The notes beneath the pieces are model-generated. The model did not search any database. It was given only the letters and a program-made list of their open reading frames with translations, and had not been told where the DNA came from. DNA of 64,000 nucleotides from a bacterium (GTDB lineage: Bacteria > UBP14 > UBA6098 > B30-G16), in the NCBI GenBank assembly GCA_030613005.1, contig JAUWMV010000011.1, positions 1,740 through 65,739 of the forward strand, given 5' to 3'. How positions within the stretch are numbered: position 1 is the stretch's first letter; every line of letters begins with the position of its first letter. Below, piece after piece: positions 63,060 through 64,000 of this stretch. The position numbers and the translations under genes are program-made.

Positions 63060-64000
63060 ATGCTTAGTACCAATTCATTTAAAGCCGTCTTGTCTGTCCT
63101 TCTCTTTCTGTTGTTTCTGTTTTCTCTTGCGTTCTCGCAGTCGGACAGCCTTAATATGCGGCTTTTAGGCACTTGGACATCCCCTGATTCGTTCGATTTC
63201 TCTCACCGTTTGCTACAAATGCCCAATCTTGTTGGTGCTCTTACTGTATTGGATGATCATGCATATCTTGCTGCTGCTACGAAGATTTATTCTATCGACA
63301 TATCGAATCTAAATTCTCCAACACAAGATACTGTATTCGGAGGAAGTACGAGTATTTGCACAGATGGAACATACTTGTTAGTCTCTGGAGGAAACTGCAT
63401 ACGAAGATACACCCCTAATACAAATCCTCCCACTTTTCTTGATAGCATATATTGGCCAGGTTACCATATGGTAGGCTTCGCCTGTGATGCAATGCTAAAC
63501 GAGGCTGGAGACTCGGGCGTCGTTACTACATGGGACTGGACTGGAGTTATTGCATTTAGATATCTACCGACCTGGCGGCACTATTCTCATGTCCACATTG
63601 GTGAACAATATTTTAGTTCGTGTATTTCTAACACTAGACCACCAGGACTCTTCCAACCCATTATTTTTTATACTTCAGCTTGGAGCTTTCCCGATACATC
63701 AGAATATCCTTATACTGATATAAATGGTTGGAAAATCCGAAATCCTAATCATGGTTACGGTAGCTGGGATACATCCGCTTGGGCTTGTGATCGTTATCCA
63801 TTCGAAGGAGGCAGACCTTTTGATATTGTTGCTGGCGACAGCTTAATTTTTGTTTCTAGAGGAAACAGTTGGACTTCTGCTACAAAAAAACTAATTGGTG
63901 TTTTCTATTACTCCGATACATCCGGCGGACCATGGCCCTGGAAAATATATCATATAGACGAATGGGAAATGAATAAGGACTATATTTCATTATACCTAAA
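63060..64000 (+). CDS. Partial paralog of the upstream gene. Identical leader and signal peptide, divergent mature region. The C-terminus lies beyond the window.
   Basis: Open frame to the window end. First ~37 codons and the RBS are nearly identical at nucleotide level to 61520-61645. Absent from the ORF track because it is edge-truncated. Confidence 0.6.
   Translation, partial: MLSTNSFKAVLSVLLFLLFLFSLAFSQSDSLNMRLLGTWTSPDSFDFSHRLLQMPNLVGALTVLDDHAYLAAATKIYSIDISNLNSPTQDTVFGGSTSICTDGTYLLVSGGNCIRRYTPNTNPPTFLDSIYWPGYHMVGFACDAMLNEAGDSGVVTTWDWTGVIAFRYLPTWRHYSHVHIGEQYFSSCISNTRPPGLFQPIIFYTSAWSFPDTSEYPYTDINGWKIRNPNHGYGSWDTSAWACDRYPFEGGRPFDIVAGDSLIFVSRGNSWTSATKKLIGVFYYSDTSGGPWPWKIYHIDEWEMNKDYISLYL

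Overview
This is a 64-kb, AT-rich (roughly one-third GC) bacterial chromosomal segment that is almost entirely coding. The six-frame track omits ORFs that run off the window edges. Two edge-truncated genes are therefore missing from it. One is a giant, highly repetitive secreted protein on the minus strand at 1..3918 (start ATG at 3916-3918, RBS AAAGGAGGAAAGG). The other is a plus-strand gene at 63060..64000.

Housekeeping genes:
- a gyrB-pgpA-cinA-thpR(ligT)-recA string
- an MscS-family channel and a TonB-like protein
- prfA (RF1, PVT motif), pdxA, a GH3 NagZ-like hydrolase
- kbl and tdh (split by an inserted gene), ispE, a yicC-family gene
- an LplA/LipM-family octanoyl/lipoyl transferase
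- ribE, hypB
- a hybrid PAS histidine kinase and an HD-GYP phosphodiesterase

Accessory and notable content:
1. At least five proteins carry T9SS (Por) C-terminal sorting domains. This points to an FCB-group or candidate-phylum anaerobe.
2. There is a complete type IV pilus minor-pilin/PilY1 locus (37028-43371). PilY1 carries a vWA MIDAS motif and an EF-hand-like Ca loop.
3. A minus-strand redox cluster (48562-60631) encodes a 1498-aa HdrA-GltD-HdrA-ferredoxin fusion (HdrL-like), MvhD, an FrhB-like subunit, and a sulfhydrogenase beta/gamma-like (AsrA/AsrB-like) pair. No HdrBC or NiFe hydrogenase large/small subunit is present. Apparently unrelated genes interrupt it: an OmpA-like protein, a Pol-beta nucleotidyltransferase with a small partner, a GT4 glycosyltransferase, and a small T9SS-CTD protein.
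4. A GC-rich ~176-nt intergenic element with an 11-bp perfect closing helix lies downstream of recA. It is a candidate structured ncRNA of unknown class.
5. A frameshifted M14-carboxypeptidase-like gene remnant lies next to ispE.
6. Two adjacent paralogous beta-propeller-like genes share a virtually identical RBS and signal-peptide leader (~120 nt) and then diverge completely.

No rRNA, tRNA, CRISPR array, transposase or integrase was recognised.
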